64,000 nucleotides of DNA from a virus (taxonomy: Duplodnaviria; Caudoviricetes): the IMG/VR virus record IMGVR_UViG_3300002052_000213, positions 1,236 to 65,235 of that record; one strand, written 5' to 3'. The notes under the pieces are model-generated. The model was not told the origin of the DNA. It was given only the letters and a program-made list of their open reading frames with translations, and did not search any database. Position numbers and translations under genes: made by a program. Of the stretch, positions 1-10,923 are shown piece after piece (within the stretch, counting starts at the first letter, position 1; every line of letters begins with the position of its first letter).

Positions 1-12
1 TTTTTCTTCTTC

Positions 13-47
13 TACTGTTAGAAACAGTATAGGAATATATTTATAAA
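13..47 (+). promoter_or_regulatory. Putative archaeal TATA promoter for the terminase operon, preceded by a 7-bp inverted repeat
   Basis: GGAATATATTTATAAA at 32-47, ~35 nt before ATG 81; TACTGTT-AGA-AACAGTA at 13-29. Confidence 0.45.
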
Positions 48-80
48 TGATGTACATACATGAAGTAGAGGATTATTCTT

Positions 81-617
81 ATGGCAATTTGTAAAATATG
101 TGTTTCTCCTAACGTACATGAGTACGAGAAATTATATTTAGAGGATAAATATAGCTATACTGAATTATGGAAATATGCTAAAATACAAAAGAATGAAGAC
201 TTACCTTATGATAGCTTTAGAAGACATATGAAGCTTCATGTAAAAGCTATTATAGAAGCTGGTAAAGAATTTAGTGATTTGCAAGTAGTAAAGATGAAGG
301 AAGAAATAGACAAGACTATAGAAATATCTAAAAACCTTAGAATGACTCTAGAACCCTTACAATCCTTCTTACAAAATAAAATAGAAAATTTAAGTGATGA
401 AACGGATAGACAATATCTTGAAGTATTGTTTAGAGGACTATCTGAGATTAGACAGATATACAAATTAATATTAGAACATGAAGAACAATTAGATATGGGA
501 CCACAGATAGATAAAGATAGATTATATGATCAAGTAATAGAATGTTTAATAGAAGCTGAAATACCAGACATTTACATATTCAAATTTTCTAAAGCATGGG
601 AACAAAGAGAGAAATGA
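81..617 (+). CDS. Putative terminase small subunit
   Basis: Overlaps the TerL start; N-terminal CxxC...HxxxH, helical C-terminus; assignment mainly by position. Confidence 0.6.
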   Translation: MAICKICVSPNVHEYEKLYLEDKYSYTELWKYAKIQKNEDLPYDSFRRHMKLHVKAIIEAGKEFSDLQVVKMKEEIDKTIEISKNLRMTLEPLQSFLQNKIENLSDETDRQYLEVLFRGLSEIRQIYKLILEHEEQLDMGPQIDKDRLYDQVIECLIEAEIPDIYIFKFSKAWEQREK

Positions 618-2992
618 TTAATATAAAATTACCAGTAGGATTAACACTACAAGAGAGATTAACTTTATTGAAATGGAGAGATCCTGTAGTATTTTTTACT
701 GATGTAACTGGAGATCCTCCATTTAAATATCAGGAACAGATATTGAAAGAAATGCCTGACTTAAATAAATTAAGATTCCTAATAACTGCTGGTGGAAATA
801 CTGGTAAAACTAGATTATTAGCAGATATAGGATTATGGTCTCCTACTATATTAGGTCCAATGATAATGGGAAGATCATATTCTGTAATTATAGAGTCTGG
901 ATCTCAAGAACAATCTAGGATATTATATGATTATCTAAAGACTTGGATAGAGAGTAATGATTTAATAAGTAAATTAGTAAAAGGTGAACCTCTTAAAACT
1001 AATACAACATTTAAAGATGGTTCTTTCATAAAGGCTCTTCCTGCATCTTGGAAGTGCTATGATGAAAAAACTGAAATATTAACTAAAAGTGGATTTAAAA
1101 AATATAATGATTTAAAAATGGGAGAGTGTGTAGCTACATTAAATAAAGAAGGATTTCTAGAATGGCAAGTACCAATAAAATATTTTTCTTATAATTATGA
1201 TGGACAAATGCTCAAAATAAAAAATAGAACTATGGATATTCTTGTTACATGTAATCATAAAATGTTAGTTGCTAGAAATCATTCTGATAACTTTGAGTTA
1301 ATTGAAGCTAATAGTCTTCCAATAGGTGCTAAATTTAAAAGAACTGCTAAATGGAAGGGAAAGAAGAGAGAATATTTTATTATACCTTCGTACTCTGCCG
1401 ATCATGGAACTTATATTGAAGAATTCTCAAAGAAAAAAATACCAATGGAAATATGGGTAGAGTTTCTTGGTTATTATCTTTCTGAAGGAAGTGTAAAAAA
1501 GGATAAATGCCATACTATAATTTCACAATCTAAGTTAATAAATCATAATAAATTTGAGAAAATTAAAAAATGTTTAGATAAGCTTCCGTTCTCATATTCA
1601 ATATATAAAGAACAGGAATTTTCTATTAATTCCTCACAGCTTGGTCATTTCCTATATCCAACAATGGGTTCTTATAATAAGAAGATACCTAAAGAAATAA
1701 AAGAATTGGATACTATATATCTTGAAATACTTTTAGATGCTTTAATGCTAGGTGATGGAGTAACTAATGAAAAACAAAGATGGTATTCTACTGTTTCAGA
1801 ACAATTAAGAGATGATGTTATGGAAGTAGCTCTTAAGTTAGGGATAGGTAATTCATATTCTTTAATTGAGGAAAGAACAAATAAATATGGAAATAAATGT
1901 TCTAAACATTTTAAGATTTATCTACATAGACACAAAAATTCATATTATAAAGGACAAAAAGAGGTAGTAAATTATAATGGAAAAATATGGTGTCTTGAGG
2001 TTCCAAATAACACTCTGTTCATTAGAAGAAATGGTAAAACTCTATGGTCTGGTAATTCAATTTATGGACAACATAGTGATTTACTTATAATAGATGAAGC
2101 TGTAGAGGCAGGTGGAGATCTTATAGATGATAGTATAAGAGTAGTTGGTACATCTCTACATAATGGAAAAAGTGCAGGTAGAATAATTCTATCTTCTACT
2201 CCTCATAATTACATGAGTAAATTTGTTACTATGTGGGAAGATCATAAAAAGTACAATAATTGGCTAAGAAGAAGTTGGAGTGCTTTAGCTTGTCCTCTAT
2301 ATACTGAAGAAGTTATAGAAGAAGCTAAGAAGAAAGGTAAAATGTATTATGATATTTTCATATTGGGTAAGCCATATCCACTTATGGGAACTATGATAAA
2401 TATAGAAGATTTAAAGGATGCAACTAAAGGAAATCCTATATATGTATACAATAAAGAATTTGGATATACTGTTATGGGATTAGATTGGGGATTTGCTCCT
2501 GATCCTACTGCTTTAGTTATTATTCAAAGAAATGATAGACAAATAAGAGTATTTTACTATAAAGATTACCTTAGAGAAGATCCAGAGAAGATGTGTGACA
2601 CTATACAAACTTTAGTTAGAAATTATAATGTAGAAAGAATATTTAGTGATAGTCATAATAAACATATGAATGCCTTGCTAAGGAAAAGATCAGTTCCGTT
2701 ATTTGAAGTATCATTTAAAGGAGAGAAAGGATTGCTACAAGCTAATCTTACTTCATTATTTGAGAATGGAGTTATAAAAATACCAGAAGAATATATTAGA
2801 TTAATATGGCAAATAAGGCAATACACCTATGAAACTAAAGGTGGAGATGATTTCGTAGATGCTCTTATGTTAGCATGTAAAGATTATAAAACTCAGTATT
2901 TAACAGATGATATATATTATAAGAAATTCTCCAGTAGAAAGAAAAAGAAAAGTGGATATCAACAATGGGTAGAAAAATATTCTAAACGATAG
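596..2992 (+). CDS. terL: Terminase large subunit containing an intein
   Basis: Walker A AGGNTGKT, Walker B LLIIDEA, motif III SSTP, RNase-H-like nuclease GLDWG...DPTA...DDFVDA. Confidence 0.92.
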   Translation: MGTKREMINIKLPVGLTLQERLTLLKWRDPVVFFTDVTGDPPFKYQEQILKEMPDLNKLRFLITAGGNTGKTRLLADIGLWSPTILGPMIMGRSYSVIIESGSQEQSRILYDYLKTWIESNDLISKLVKGEPLKTNTTFKDGSFIKALPASWKCYDEKTEILTKSGFKKYNDLKMGECVATLNKEGFLEWQVPIKYFSYNYDGQMLKIKNRTMDILVTCNHKMLVARNHSDNFELIEANSLPIGAKFKRTAKWKGKKREYFIIPSYSADHGTYIEEFSKKKIPMEIWVEFLGYYLSEGSVKKDKCHTIISQSKLINHNKFEKIKKCLDKLPFSYSIYKEQEFSINSSQLGHFLYPTMGSYNKKIPKEIKELDTIYLEILLDALMLGDGVTNEKQRWYSTVSEQLRDDVMEVALKLGIGNSYSLIEERTNKYGNKCSKHFKIYLHRHKNSYYKGQKEVVNYNGKIWCLEVPNNTLFIRRNGKTLWSGNSIYGQHSDLLIIDEAVEAGGDLIDDSIRVVGTSLHNGKSAGRIILSSTPHNYMSKFVTMWEDHKKYNNWLRRSWSALACPLYTEEVIEEAKKKGKMYYDIFILGKPYPLMGTMINIEDLKDATKGNPIYVYNKEFGYTVMGLDWGFAPDPTALVIIQRNDRQIRVFYYKDYLREDPEKMCDTIQTLVRNYNVERIFSDSHNKHMNALLRKRSVPLFEVSFKGEKGLLQANLTSLFENGVIKIPEEYIRLIWQIRQYTYETKGGDDFVDALMLACKDYKTQYLTDDIYYKKFSSRKKKKSGYQQWVEKYSKR
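1055..2056 (+). mobile_element. Intein (334 aa) with LAGLIDADG homing endonuclease
   Basis: Begins CYDEKTEILT, block B VTCNH, LAGLIDADG-like FLGYYLSEG and LDALMLGDG, ends WSGN followed by +1 Ser. Confidence 0.92.
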
Positions 2993-2993
2993 A

Positions 2994-5357
2994 TTAAATA
3001 TCATACAATACTTCTATATCACATGTTCTTCCATCTAAATCTGCTGTTAGATATATGTTTGTAGCATCAGAAGCTGAACTACGCCATATTCTCCCATCAC
3101 TTGTTTTTAATATATTTATTTTAGTTGGTGTCTTTTCTAATTCATGTGCAATTGTAGTTTCTGTAGAATTAACAGTTTTATTGGTAAGATAATTTTCTGT
3201 ATCATATCCTTCATTATGTCTTATCTTTGTATTAGTACCTAAATCTCTAATTGCAGAAGCCCAAGTACCAGTAAAAACATTATGCTCTATTAGTGTTTCA
3301 TCTGCTGCTGATAGAATATAAAGACCATAATTTTGAGTCATTGTTCCTTCTGATATACTTGTATTTCTTAAAATGTTTCTATCTCCGCCAATATAACAAC
3401 CATAGTTGTTATATTCACAATTAAGTACCTTAATCTCTAATACGTTATCATCTCCATCAACACCAAATCCATAATGACTAAAATGATCATAAGTAAATCC
3501 TCTTACGTTATTAGAATCTCCACCTGAAGTAAACATAATACCAATTTGAGTATTTCCATGTGATATAATGTCTAATTCATTATTAGAACCATTAATCTCT
3601 ACTCCTCTTAAAGCATTACCATAAGAAACAATCTTACCACTACAATAACTATCAACATAAACTCCATCATTAGCATTTTTATAAGATATTATATCAAGTT
3701 TAATGTAATCATTAGCTAAAATACCATATAGAGTATTCTTCCAAAATCTACCAGAAACAAATCCATTTATAGCATTAGCATAACATCCATATTGAGTATT
3801 ATGGTGTGCATTAGCATCAATAACATATCCATATTCTCCTTCTATTTCAAACCCATGTTCATCATTAGCATAACTCTCACATCCTTCAGCAACACCATAC
3901 TTACTTACTATAACTCCTCTTCCACCACAAAATGAAAATTTACATTTTAATAGAGTCCCTGCCATTCTATAAGTACCATCATTATTCCATTTTCTAATTC
4001 TACAATTATCAAGTGTAGCTTCAGAACTAACACAAACACCATATTGTACACCAGTATTATTATCTCTATTACCATCAATAACTAGATTGTACATTATAGA
4101 GTCATCACTTATAGAAATAAAGAATGTTACTGTACTATTGTAGCTATCAACTAATTTTATAGTTGCAAACTCTGATTCTATTATTAGTCCATATTGTACT
4201 TCAAATATTGGTTTGGTAGCACTATCTGGTGTTACAGAATAACTATCATAATTTATAAATATTTTACCTTTCTCAGGCATATCAGTACTAGCAATAGCAT
4301 TAGCAATATTATCTTCTATTATTAACATAGGTTGACCATTACCTTCAGAAGAATAGGCAACATAAACTTCTAATTTATTATTTGGAAACGTATCTCTATT
4401 TATAGTGTCAGTTATGATTGAAGGTGTATCTATCCAACCACTTGTACAATAATGTGCAATACCAAGAAATTCCCTAGAACTTGGATAAAATTCTGGATTA
4501 TTATCTTTCCATAATTCATAAACACCTTCATGTCCAGAATCATAATATCTACTAACTAATAAATAATAAATACCATTATATTTGAATGGGTGGGAACAAA
4601 ATCTTCTACCATCAAATAAAGGAGCAGGTTCTTGTAAAGTCCAATCTATTAAATTTGTACAAGTTAATAACCAAATACTTCTGTCTCCACCAACAGAATT
4701 TGCAAATAGATAATATGTAGAACCTACTTTTATAATACCACTTGGATCTTGACATCCAGTTTCATCTATAACTGGATTACTTCCAGACTTTGACCAATTT
4801 ACTCCATCAGATGAAATAACTAATCCTATTTTATGTGCTCCACCAGATGATCCTCTATAAAGAGCATACCAATCTGTTCCTTCTTTCCAAGGAACCATTA
4901 CAGCAACACCATCTTGATCCCATCCACTAGCTCCAGCTTCTAATACTGGATTATTAACTGTATCATTTGTCCAATCTACACCATTACTAGAGGTACAATG
5001 ACCAATAGCAAATTTAGTGTTATAAGTGTAAGTGTAATATCCATGATATGTAGTTCCATCATACCATACATACATGAAAATACCAAATGTATGAACTGGT
5101 GAACTTTGTTCTAATGCCCATGAATTTGATATATCATGAATTTTCTTAATAGTTTTACGCATAGTATCTTTAAAATCTGTACTAGTTGCTGTTGAGTAAA
5201 TCTTTCCTGCTTGTTCGGATTCATGACCATGTATTGCTTCAAAGTTCGATCCATTTCTTCTAATGATAAAAGTAAATGATTTTTCTAATCCATGATCTAT
5301 AACAGCATCTAATCCTTCCTTTGAACTTGGTATTTTTCCTTTATTAAATTCACTCAT
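2994..5357 (-). CDS. Tailspike: five-bladed beta-propeller glycosidase-like domain plus right-handed beta-helix
   Basis: Repeated IGxxxSxDGVxW/NPV blades (GH32/43/130-like fold) then parallel beta-helix NxxxGI repeats; at the end of the tail module. Confidence 0.7.
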   Translation of the reverse strand: MSEFNKGKIPSSKEGLDAVIDHGLEKSFTFIIRRNGSNFEAIHGHESEQAGKIYSTATSTDFKDTMRKTIKKIHDISNSWALEQSSPVHTFGIFMYVWYDGTTYHGYYTYTYNTKFAIGHCTSSNGVDWTNDTVNNPVLEAGASGWDQDGVAVMVPWKEGTDWYALYRGSSGGAHKIGLVISSDGVNWSKSGSNPVIDETGCQDPSGIIKVGSTYYLFANSVGGDRSIWLLTCTNLIDWTLQEPAPLFDGRRFCSHPFKYNGIYYLLVSRYYDSGHEGVYELWKDNNPEFYPSSREFLGIAHYCTSGWIDTPSIITDTINRDTFPNNKLEVYVAYSSEGNGQPMLIIEDNIANAIASTDMPEKGKIFINYDSYSVTPDSATKPIFEVQYGLIIESEFATIKLVDSYNSTVTFFISISDDSIMYNLVIDGNRDNNTGVQYGVCVSSEATLDNCRIRKWNNDGTYRMAGTLLKCKFSFCGGRGVIVSKYGVAEGCESYANDEHGFEIEGEYGYVIDANAHHNTQYGCYANAINGFVSGRFWKNTLYGILANDYIKLDIISYKNANDGVYVDSYCSGKIVSYGNALRGVEINGSNNELDIISHGNTQIGIMFTSGGDSNNVRGFTYDHFSHYGFGVDGDDNVLEIKVLNCEYNNYGCYIGGDRNILRNTSISEGTMTQNYGLYILSAADETLIEHNVFTGTWASAIRDLGTNTKIRHNEGYDTENYLTNKTVNSTETTIAHELEKTPTKINILKTSDGRIWRSSASDATNIYLTADLDGRTCDIEVLYDI

Positions 5358-5358
5358 T

Positions 5359-6624
5359 TTAATTACCTGCTACTATTACTGTAGGTGCAACAGAAAATGA
5401 ACCAAAGTGTATTTTATAACCCATTGGTAAATACATCATAACAGCACTTGTTAAGTCTTTTACAATTGTATTGTCGTTATAATCCATTACTGTTATACTT
5501 ACACCAGTTCCTCCTATTGATGTTATGTAAGAATCTATATGTTGTATTTCATATGTTCTATCAGCAGTAGGAACAGTATTTGTACCTATTAAGTTTATTC
5601 CATATGGAATGCTACTATCTGAGAATGGAGTAGATATAAGACCAACTGGATTAAATCCTATATTATTATATATTCTAGCATCAATAGGACCAATTACTTC
5701 TATTGCACCATTTAAATTTTTTATAAATTCATTCGATGAAATAAGATTAAGTGAATGACCAGTATAAAAAAATCTTACATTATGATCAGCAATTGGACTA
5801 TAGAAAACATTTCCTGAAATTACATTATTTCTATTATTTGCATCTAAATGAATATCAGAATATACACCACTATTATCCCAACTACTATTGCTGAAAACAT
5901 TTCCTATAATACTATTTCTTGAAGAATTAGCTAATGTCAGTCCTCTACCTCTATTTTTATAAAAATAATTTCCTATAACTGCTGAATCACCAGCAAACAT
6001 ACCAAGACCATGATGATTATACAAAAATTTATTTCCTATAATTCTCACATCACTTCCTCCATCTATTCTGACTCCATATGCACTAGTAGAAAAGGAGGAA
6101 TGCTCAAATATATTATTTGTTATTCTCCAAGCCCATGCTATATTATCTTCTCTTATTAAACATTCTCTTGCTTTATCAAAAAAAACATCATTTATATAAA
6201 TATCTTTTAATCCACCTAACTTATCATATACTATATTTCCACTTGTTTGATTTACTCCGTTACCAATAATTGTCATACCTTCTAACGTAAAACAATAAAT
6301 TGCTGTAGCTAAAGTATATTCAAACATATTGCAATTTGCATTATTTTCCATTTTTAAAAATGTATTCTCCATTCCTTCACCAGTTATTCTTACTGCATCT
6401 ACTATTGTCATAGGAGTACTGACCATATATGGATCATTTTGTTCTACTTTTCTAAGGTGTATATGCCCACCTTCAGAAAAAGAAGTAGCAATAGAATTTA
6501 TTATACCTGAAAATATAGTTCCCTTGTATTCTACTTTACCACTATCTCCAGATTTAGCGTAATATTTAGAATTTTCCTTATGTATAATCCATGAAGATTC
6601 TGATTTAATTATTCCATATCCCAT
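5359..6624 (-). CDS. Tailspike/receptor-binding protein with right-handed beta-helix (NosD/pectate-lyase-like)
   Basis: GGHIHL cap, VRITGEG, repeated IxGN motifs. Confidence 0.7.
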   Translation of the reverse strand: MGYGIIKSESSWIIHKENSKYYAKSGDSGKVEYKGTIFSGIINSIATSFSEGGHIHLRKVEQNDPYMVSTPMTIVDAVRITGEGMENTFLKMENNANCNMFEYTLATAIYCFTLEGMTIIGNGVNQTSGNIVYDKLGGLKDIYINDVFFDKARECLIREDNIAWAWRITNNIFEHSSFSTSAYGVRIDGGSDVRIIGNKFLYNHHGLGMFAGDSAVIGNYFYKNRGRGLTLANSSRNSIIGNVFSNSSWDNSGVYSDIHLDANNRNNVISGNVFYSPIADHNVRFFYTGHSLNLISSNEFIKNLNGAIEVIGPIDARIYNNIGFNPVGLISTPFSDSSIPYGINLIGTNTVPTADRTYEIQHIDSYITSIGGTGVSITVMDYNDNTIVKDLTSAVMMYLPMGYKIHFGSFSVAPTVIVAGN

Positions 6625-6626
6625 AA

Positions 6627-7874
6627 TTATACCTCAGCCATCCAGCTAATTTCTAAGCTTTCTCCTGCAATATGATACACTATAATGCTACCATTTAAAC
6701 CTAATGTGTTCCAACTAATTTCTATTGGAATACTACTTCTAGCATTTAAAATAACTTTACTAGGTAATGTTCCTAATTCTGTATCTAATGTATCTCCATT
6801 TGCTAATAAATTTACTCCTCTTTTCATTGTGTAGACAATTAAACTACCACCAATGAACATATTATCATCTGTTCTTAATGTGTTTACTCCCATTCTGTAT
6901 AAATTAACATCTGCTAGATTATCTCCATCTCCCCATGCCAATACTGAGAATATATTAATTTGAAATGGAGGAACTGCTTGTCCTGTTAATCCTATTTGTA
7001 GTGCAGTAAATGGACCAATTCCTTCTCTCTCAATTTTTAACATTTCACTTACTTCTAATGATCCCTCGCCTAATCTTTTTATATGAGCATCCCATTGACT
7101 TGATCTATCACCAAATCCAATTGATGAAGCAGTTCTACCAAAATATAAATTATAATCTGTATTTCCTGCTTGAAATGCATCATCTGTTCTAAGAATATTA
7201 GCAGAAAATCTATAAATATTAGTATCAAGAACAGATGCTCTATCACCAAACCATATTTTTTGTTCTGAAGAGCTTACTACAACATTAGCATTGACATCTC
7301 CAATACTTAAGTCACTATCAGTTCTAAGTACATCTACGAATCTATATAAATTTACATCTACTGAGCCAAATTCTAAAGTTCCAAGATTAGTTATATTATA
7401 TCCTTCCCAATCTTTGTTTACGTCTATACTTAAATCTGATAATGATCCTACTCCTGCTCCTCCGTTTGTTGGATATGTTCCTTTAACTATTAAATTTTGA
7501 GCAACATAAAAATTATCAGAAGTTGCAAGTGTGTTATTTCCAAATCTATATAGATTTACATCCCAAATATTACTTCTATTTCCGAAATGTATAATTGGAC
7601 TAGTTTCATTTAATCTGATATTATATGCTGAATCACCAACAAGAAAATCTTTATCTGTTCTTAAGGTACTTGTTCCTACTCCATATAAATTTACACCAGT
7701 TCCAAATGTTGCTCCACCTAAATTTCTAATCTTTCCACCACTAAAATCTATGTATGAAGGTCTAATGAATATAGGATCTTCTCCTATTTTAATATCATCT
7801 ACCATTCCTTCTTTTAGTATTTCCATTAAAGTTTCTTTAATTAATTCTTTGAATTCTTTTTTTGTTATGTTCAT
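6627..7874 (-). CDS. Tail fibre with repeated DxNLYRxxxxxLxTDD motif
   Basis: About six copies, e.g. DVNLYRFGNNTLATSD, DTNIYRFSANILRTDD, DVNLYRMGVNTLRTDD. Confidence 0.7.
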   Translation of the reverse strand: MNITKKEFKELIKETLMEILKEGMVDDIKIGEDPIFIRPSYIDFSGGKIRNLGGATFGTGVNLYGVGTSTLRTDKDFLVGDSAYNIRLNETSPIIHFGNRSNIWDVNLYRFGNNTLATSDNFYVAQNLIVKGTYPTNGGAGVGSLSDLSIDVNKDWEGYNITNLGTLEFGSVDVNLYRFVDVLRTDSDLSIGDVNANVVVSSSEQKIWFGDRASVLDTNIYRFSANILRTDDAFQAGNTDYNLYFGRTASSIGFGDRSSQWDAHIKRLGEGSLEVSEMLKIEREGIGPFTALQIGLTGQAVPPFQINIFSVLAWGDGDNLADVNLYRMGVNTLRTDDNMFIGGSLIVYTMKRGVNLLANGDTLDTELGTLPSKVILNARSSIPIEISWNTLGLNGSIIVYHIAGESLEISWMAEV

Positions 7875-8020
7875 GTTACATTCACTTCCAATACTTCCTT
7901 AGCTTTTAAATCAGTTACATTTCTGCTAGATATGTTTAATATTTCTGATGCAGTATCCAAAACGTCCAAAGCTGTAAATTGCATTCTTATATATGGAATT
8001 ATTTTATATGCTATACTCAT
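7871..8020 (-). CDS. Small hypothetical protein (49 aa, not in ORF track)
   Basis: MSIAYKIIPYIRMQF...EVNVT; fills the gap and has an ATGA overlap with the next gene. Confidence 0.5.
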   Translation of the reverse strand: MSIAYKIIPYIRMQFTALDVLDTASEILNISSRNVTDLKAKEVLEVNVT

Positions 8021-8021
8021 T

Positions 8022-8288
8022 TTATTTACACCTGAATTCTGTCATTTCTAAAGTTTTTTTCTTTTCTTTATCTTTTAATTCCTCTATTAAAAGATTACCA
8101 AATGTAAGTTTTTGTATAGGTATATCTGAATCTTCACATATTAATATTAATTCTTTTCCTTTTCTAATTCCCTTTATATATTTTAATCCTAAAATATCAG
8201 CAATTTCTTTTGGTGTATATTCTCTTATTTTTATTACTTTCAATATCCTATAGCTCCTTGAAAGTAAGATACTATAACAGTTCCCCAA
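8022..8288 (-). CDS. Hypothetical protein in tail module
   Basis: Co-oriented ORF; true start may lie downstream. Confidence 0.45.
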   Translation of the reverse strand: MGNCYSILLSRSYRILKVIKIREYTPKEIADILGLKYIKGIRKGKELILICEDSDIPIQKLTFGNLLIEELKDKEKKKTLEMTEFRCK

Positions 8289-10921
8289 TTACCATATGCA
8301 TTATAATTATTTACAAGAATTTGATGCATTAATCCCTCTAAAGGAAGATAATTAGTTGAAGTAATACTTCCTTCTAAATTATTATCAACATAAAATTCTG
8401 CAAGAGGAGTATTTGGATAATATCTACATTCTAATTTATATTCTTGCCCATAATTAAAAGTTGTTAGAGGAAACATAGCACCAGTTTGTTCACATCTATT
8501 TCCATATGAATAAAGAGTTCCATCATCAGAAAAAATAAATCCAAGTCCACATCCATTCCAAGTAGTTATACCTAACATAACAACTACTTCAGTATCATCA
8601 TTAGTCACTTCTGCTACTGAGCAAAAAATTAAATCTTTATCTGTTGGAACAATAGTGTGTAAACTTTTGAGGAAATTAGATTCTCCTCCTCTAGTTTTAA
8701 TTAATAATCTACCAGAACTGAAAAATACTGAGCCATCTGGACTATATTCACTACTAGAATATCCATCTTTTGATTCTCCAAACATTCCAAATTTCTTTCC
8801 TCCAAATCCCCACATTGGAGCTGATACACCTTCATCTAAAGACCACCAATCAAGTAATTCACCTCTTCCTTTAGTAATGGCAGATACATCAAATATTTTT
8901 CTCCATGCTTCAATATTCCAGAAGATATGTTCCATTTGCATTTGGAATTGTCCTAAAAGCTTTTCTATTGAAGGTAAATATCTACCAGACAACTCTAAGT
9001 TAGTAGTTAAATTAAAATCTCTAAGGGTATGATTAATTCTTCTTAAGTCAATAGTAGAGAATATATCACCAATTATAAATGCTACTCTGCATCCTAAACT
9101 AGCTTCAAAGCTTCTTGTAGTTATTAAATTAGTTACATTTTCTATTGGATACTTATAAGCTTCAACTACTAATGAAGATGCTAAACTACAAAGTTCATCA
9201 CTTCCCAATTTACGTCTTATCATATCTGGTCCTTCTCTAATACCAAAGCTACCTATAGATTCATCATCTCCATATTTATATGAATAATGAGTGGAAAAAC
9301 TCATTCCATCAATACTAAAATAAGATGCTTTATCAGTAGTAGATAAAGGAGAATTAACTATAATTCTAACTTTAAATATATTTGACCAATCTGGATTTCC
9401 AGTAGCAACAAATTCTCCTCTTCCATATTTTTCTGTGAAAGGTATTTGGAATTTTTCTAATTTGTCTGAGCTTTTCCATGCTAACCAAGGATAGTAAATA
9501 TTTGGTGGACGAAGTCTTACAATAAATCCACCACTTTCTAACCAAGAGTAAGTGTAATAATCAGAATCAGTAGAATAAAAAATACAACTCATGTCTAAAT
9601 CTTCAATATCAGCAGAAAGAGAAGGATAACAAGTTATTTGTTTGTATCCTTCAAGATATCCACCATATTCTAAGTTTAATGGAGTAGGAAATGTTCTTTC
9701 TATCCATAAACTATTTTCATTTCCTTCTCCCCTTAAATAATAATCTCCTTTTATTCTTGCAGATCCACCTAATGCAGATATACTTATATATCCTGACCAG
9801 TTATCAGTACTTTCTGTATATTCATTATCACTTCCTATTTTCTTTCCTTCAGGTGGTCCTTTCCCAATAATACTAATAGAATTTATCATTCTTTCAGAAT
9901 CAGACTCGTAGTTGAAACTCATAGCATTAGAACCAACATTATAACTTTGAAGTCTACTTCCTTTAGGAAATGCATGTAAGTCTTTACCAAAATCTACATA
10001 GAAATCCCAATCTACTCTATTTTGTGTAGGATTGGCAATATCTTCTCTTAGGATATCTCCAACATATCTTCCACCTTCTTCATGTTTAATTGATATTGTA
10101 TGATCACTTTCTGTTACATTATAAGTAGTAAGTAAACCAAGATTTTTTAATGATGTAGTAATAGTATCTATTACATCATCTATTTCATTTTTAACAAATC
10201 CAGTATGTTTCCTTTCAAATAGATATTTACCATATCCCTCACATTCTGTTTCATGCCATGTAGCTGTCTTACCAGTTTTAATTTCTCTATTTAATTTGAC
10301 TTTACCAGTAAATTGTTTAGTGAAACTACCATTCTTTCTTAACCATATTTTAACATGACTATTCATTAATGGGAGAGGTTCTTCATAATCATATTTAAAT
10401 GTAGCATCATCGAATCCTTCTGTTAATATTCTATTTATTTCAATTTCTGTAGGATATAATCTTCTAGTTGTAGCATTAGATATAATTACATAATCTATTT
10501 CAGCTTTTTCGTTTACATCTCCCCAAATTTGTATCCATATCCTATCTGGAGAATAACCACTTCCAAATATATCAAGTGTAGCATATCCAGATGAAGTTAA
10601 GTTTACCTTTTCAACATCGTCAATACCATCTACAAGACCAATAGTAATAGAATCTGCAGTTAAACTTGAACATTTCATAATACAATATCTAAAGTTATCA
10701 GCATCATAAGCAAGTGATGGAAAATATTTGTTTATAGCTGCAATATGTTTTCCTCCAGAAATATGTGTAGCTATTAGAGTTCCTATATCACCATTGCTAT
10801 AATAATCACCATAATCTATATTCCATCCTATAGGTGCTCTTCTATTATCTAAAGTTCTCATTCCATCATCTTCAATATGTACTTGTTCATATATTTCTAC
10901 AGAACTAGAAACTGTTAACAT
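8240..10921 (-). CDS. Distal tail/baseplate hub protein
   Basis: Directly after the tape measure; hub-like motifs FTGKV, DFYVDFGKDLHAF, SIGSFGIRE, INHTL; beta-rich inserted domains. Confidence 0.7.
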   Translation of the reverse strand: MLTVSSSVEIYEQVHIEDDGMRTLDNRRAPIGWNIDYGDYYSNGDIGTLIATHISGGKHIAAINKYFPSLAYDADNFRYCIMKCSSLTADSITIGLVDGIDDVEKVNLTSSGYATLDIFGSGYSPDRIWIQIWGDVNEKAEIDYVIISNATTRRLYPTEIEINRILTEGFDDATFKYDYEEPLPLMNSHVKIWLRKNGSFTKQFTGKVKLNREIKTGKTATWHETECEGYGKYLFERKHTGFVKNEIDDVIDTITTSLKNLGLLTTYNVTESDHTISIKHEEGGRYVGDILREDIANPTQNRVDWDFYVDFGKDLHAFPKGSRLQSYNVGSNAMSFNYESDSERMINSISIIGKGPPEGKKIGSDNEYTESTDNWSGYISISALGGSARIKGDYYLRGEGNENSLWIERTFPTPLNLEYGGYLEGYKQITCYPSLSADIEDLDMSCIFYSTDSDYYTYSWLESGGFIVRLRPPNIYYPWLAWKSSDKLEKFQIPFTEKYGRGEFVATGNPDWSNIFKVRIIVNSPLSTTDKASYFSIDGMSFSTHYSYKYGDDESIGSFGIREGPDMIRRKLGSDELCSLASSLVVEAYKYPIENVTNLITTRSFEASLGCRVAFIIGDIFSTIDLRRINHTLRDFNLTTNLELSGRYLPSIEKLLGQFQMQMEHIFWNIEAWRKIFDVSAITKGRGELLDWWSLDEGVSAPMWGFGGKKFGMFGESKDGYSSSEYSPDGSVFFSSGRLLIKTRGGESNFLKSLHTIVPTDKDLIFCSVAEVTNDDTEVVVMLGITTWNGCGLGFIFSDDGTLYSYGNRCEQTGAMFPLTTFNYGQEYKLECRYYPNTPLAEFYVDNNLEGSITSTNYLPLEGLMHQILVNNYNAYGNWGTVIVSYFQGAIGY

Positions 10922-10923
10922 TT

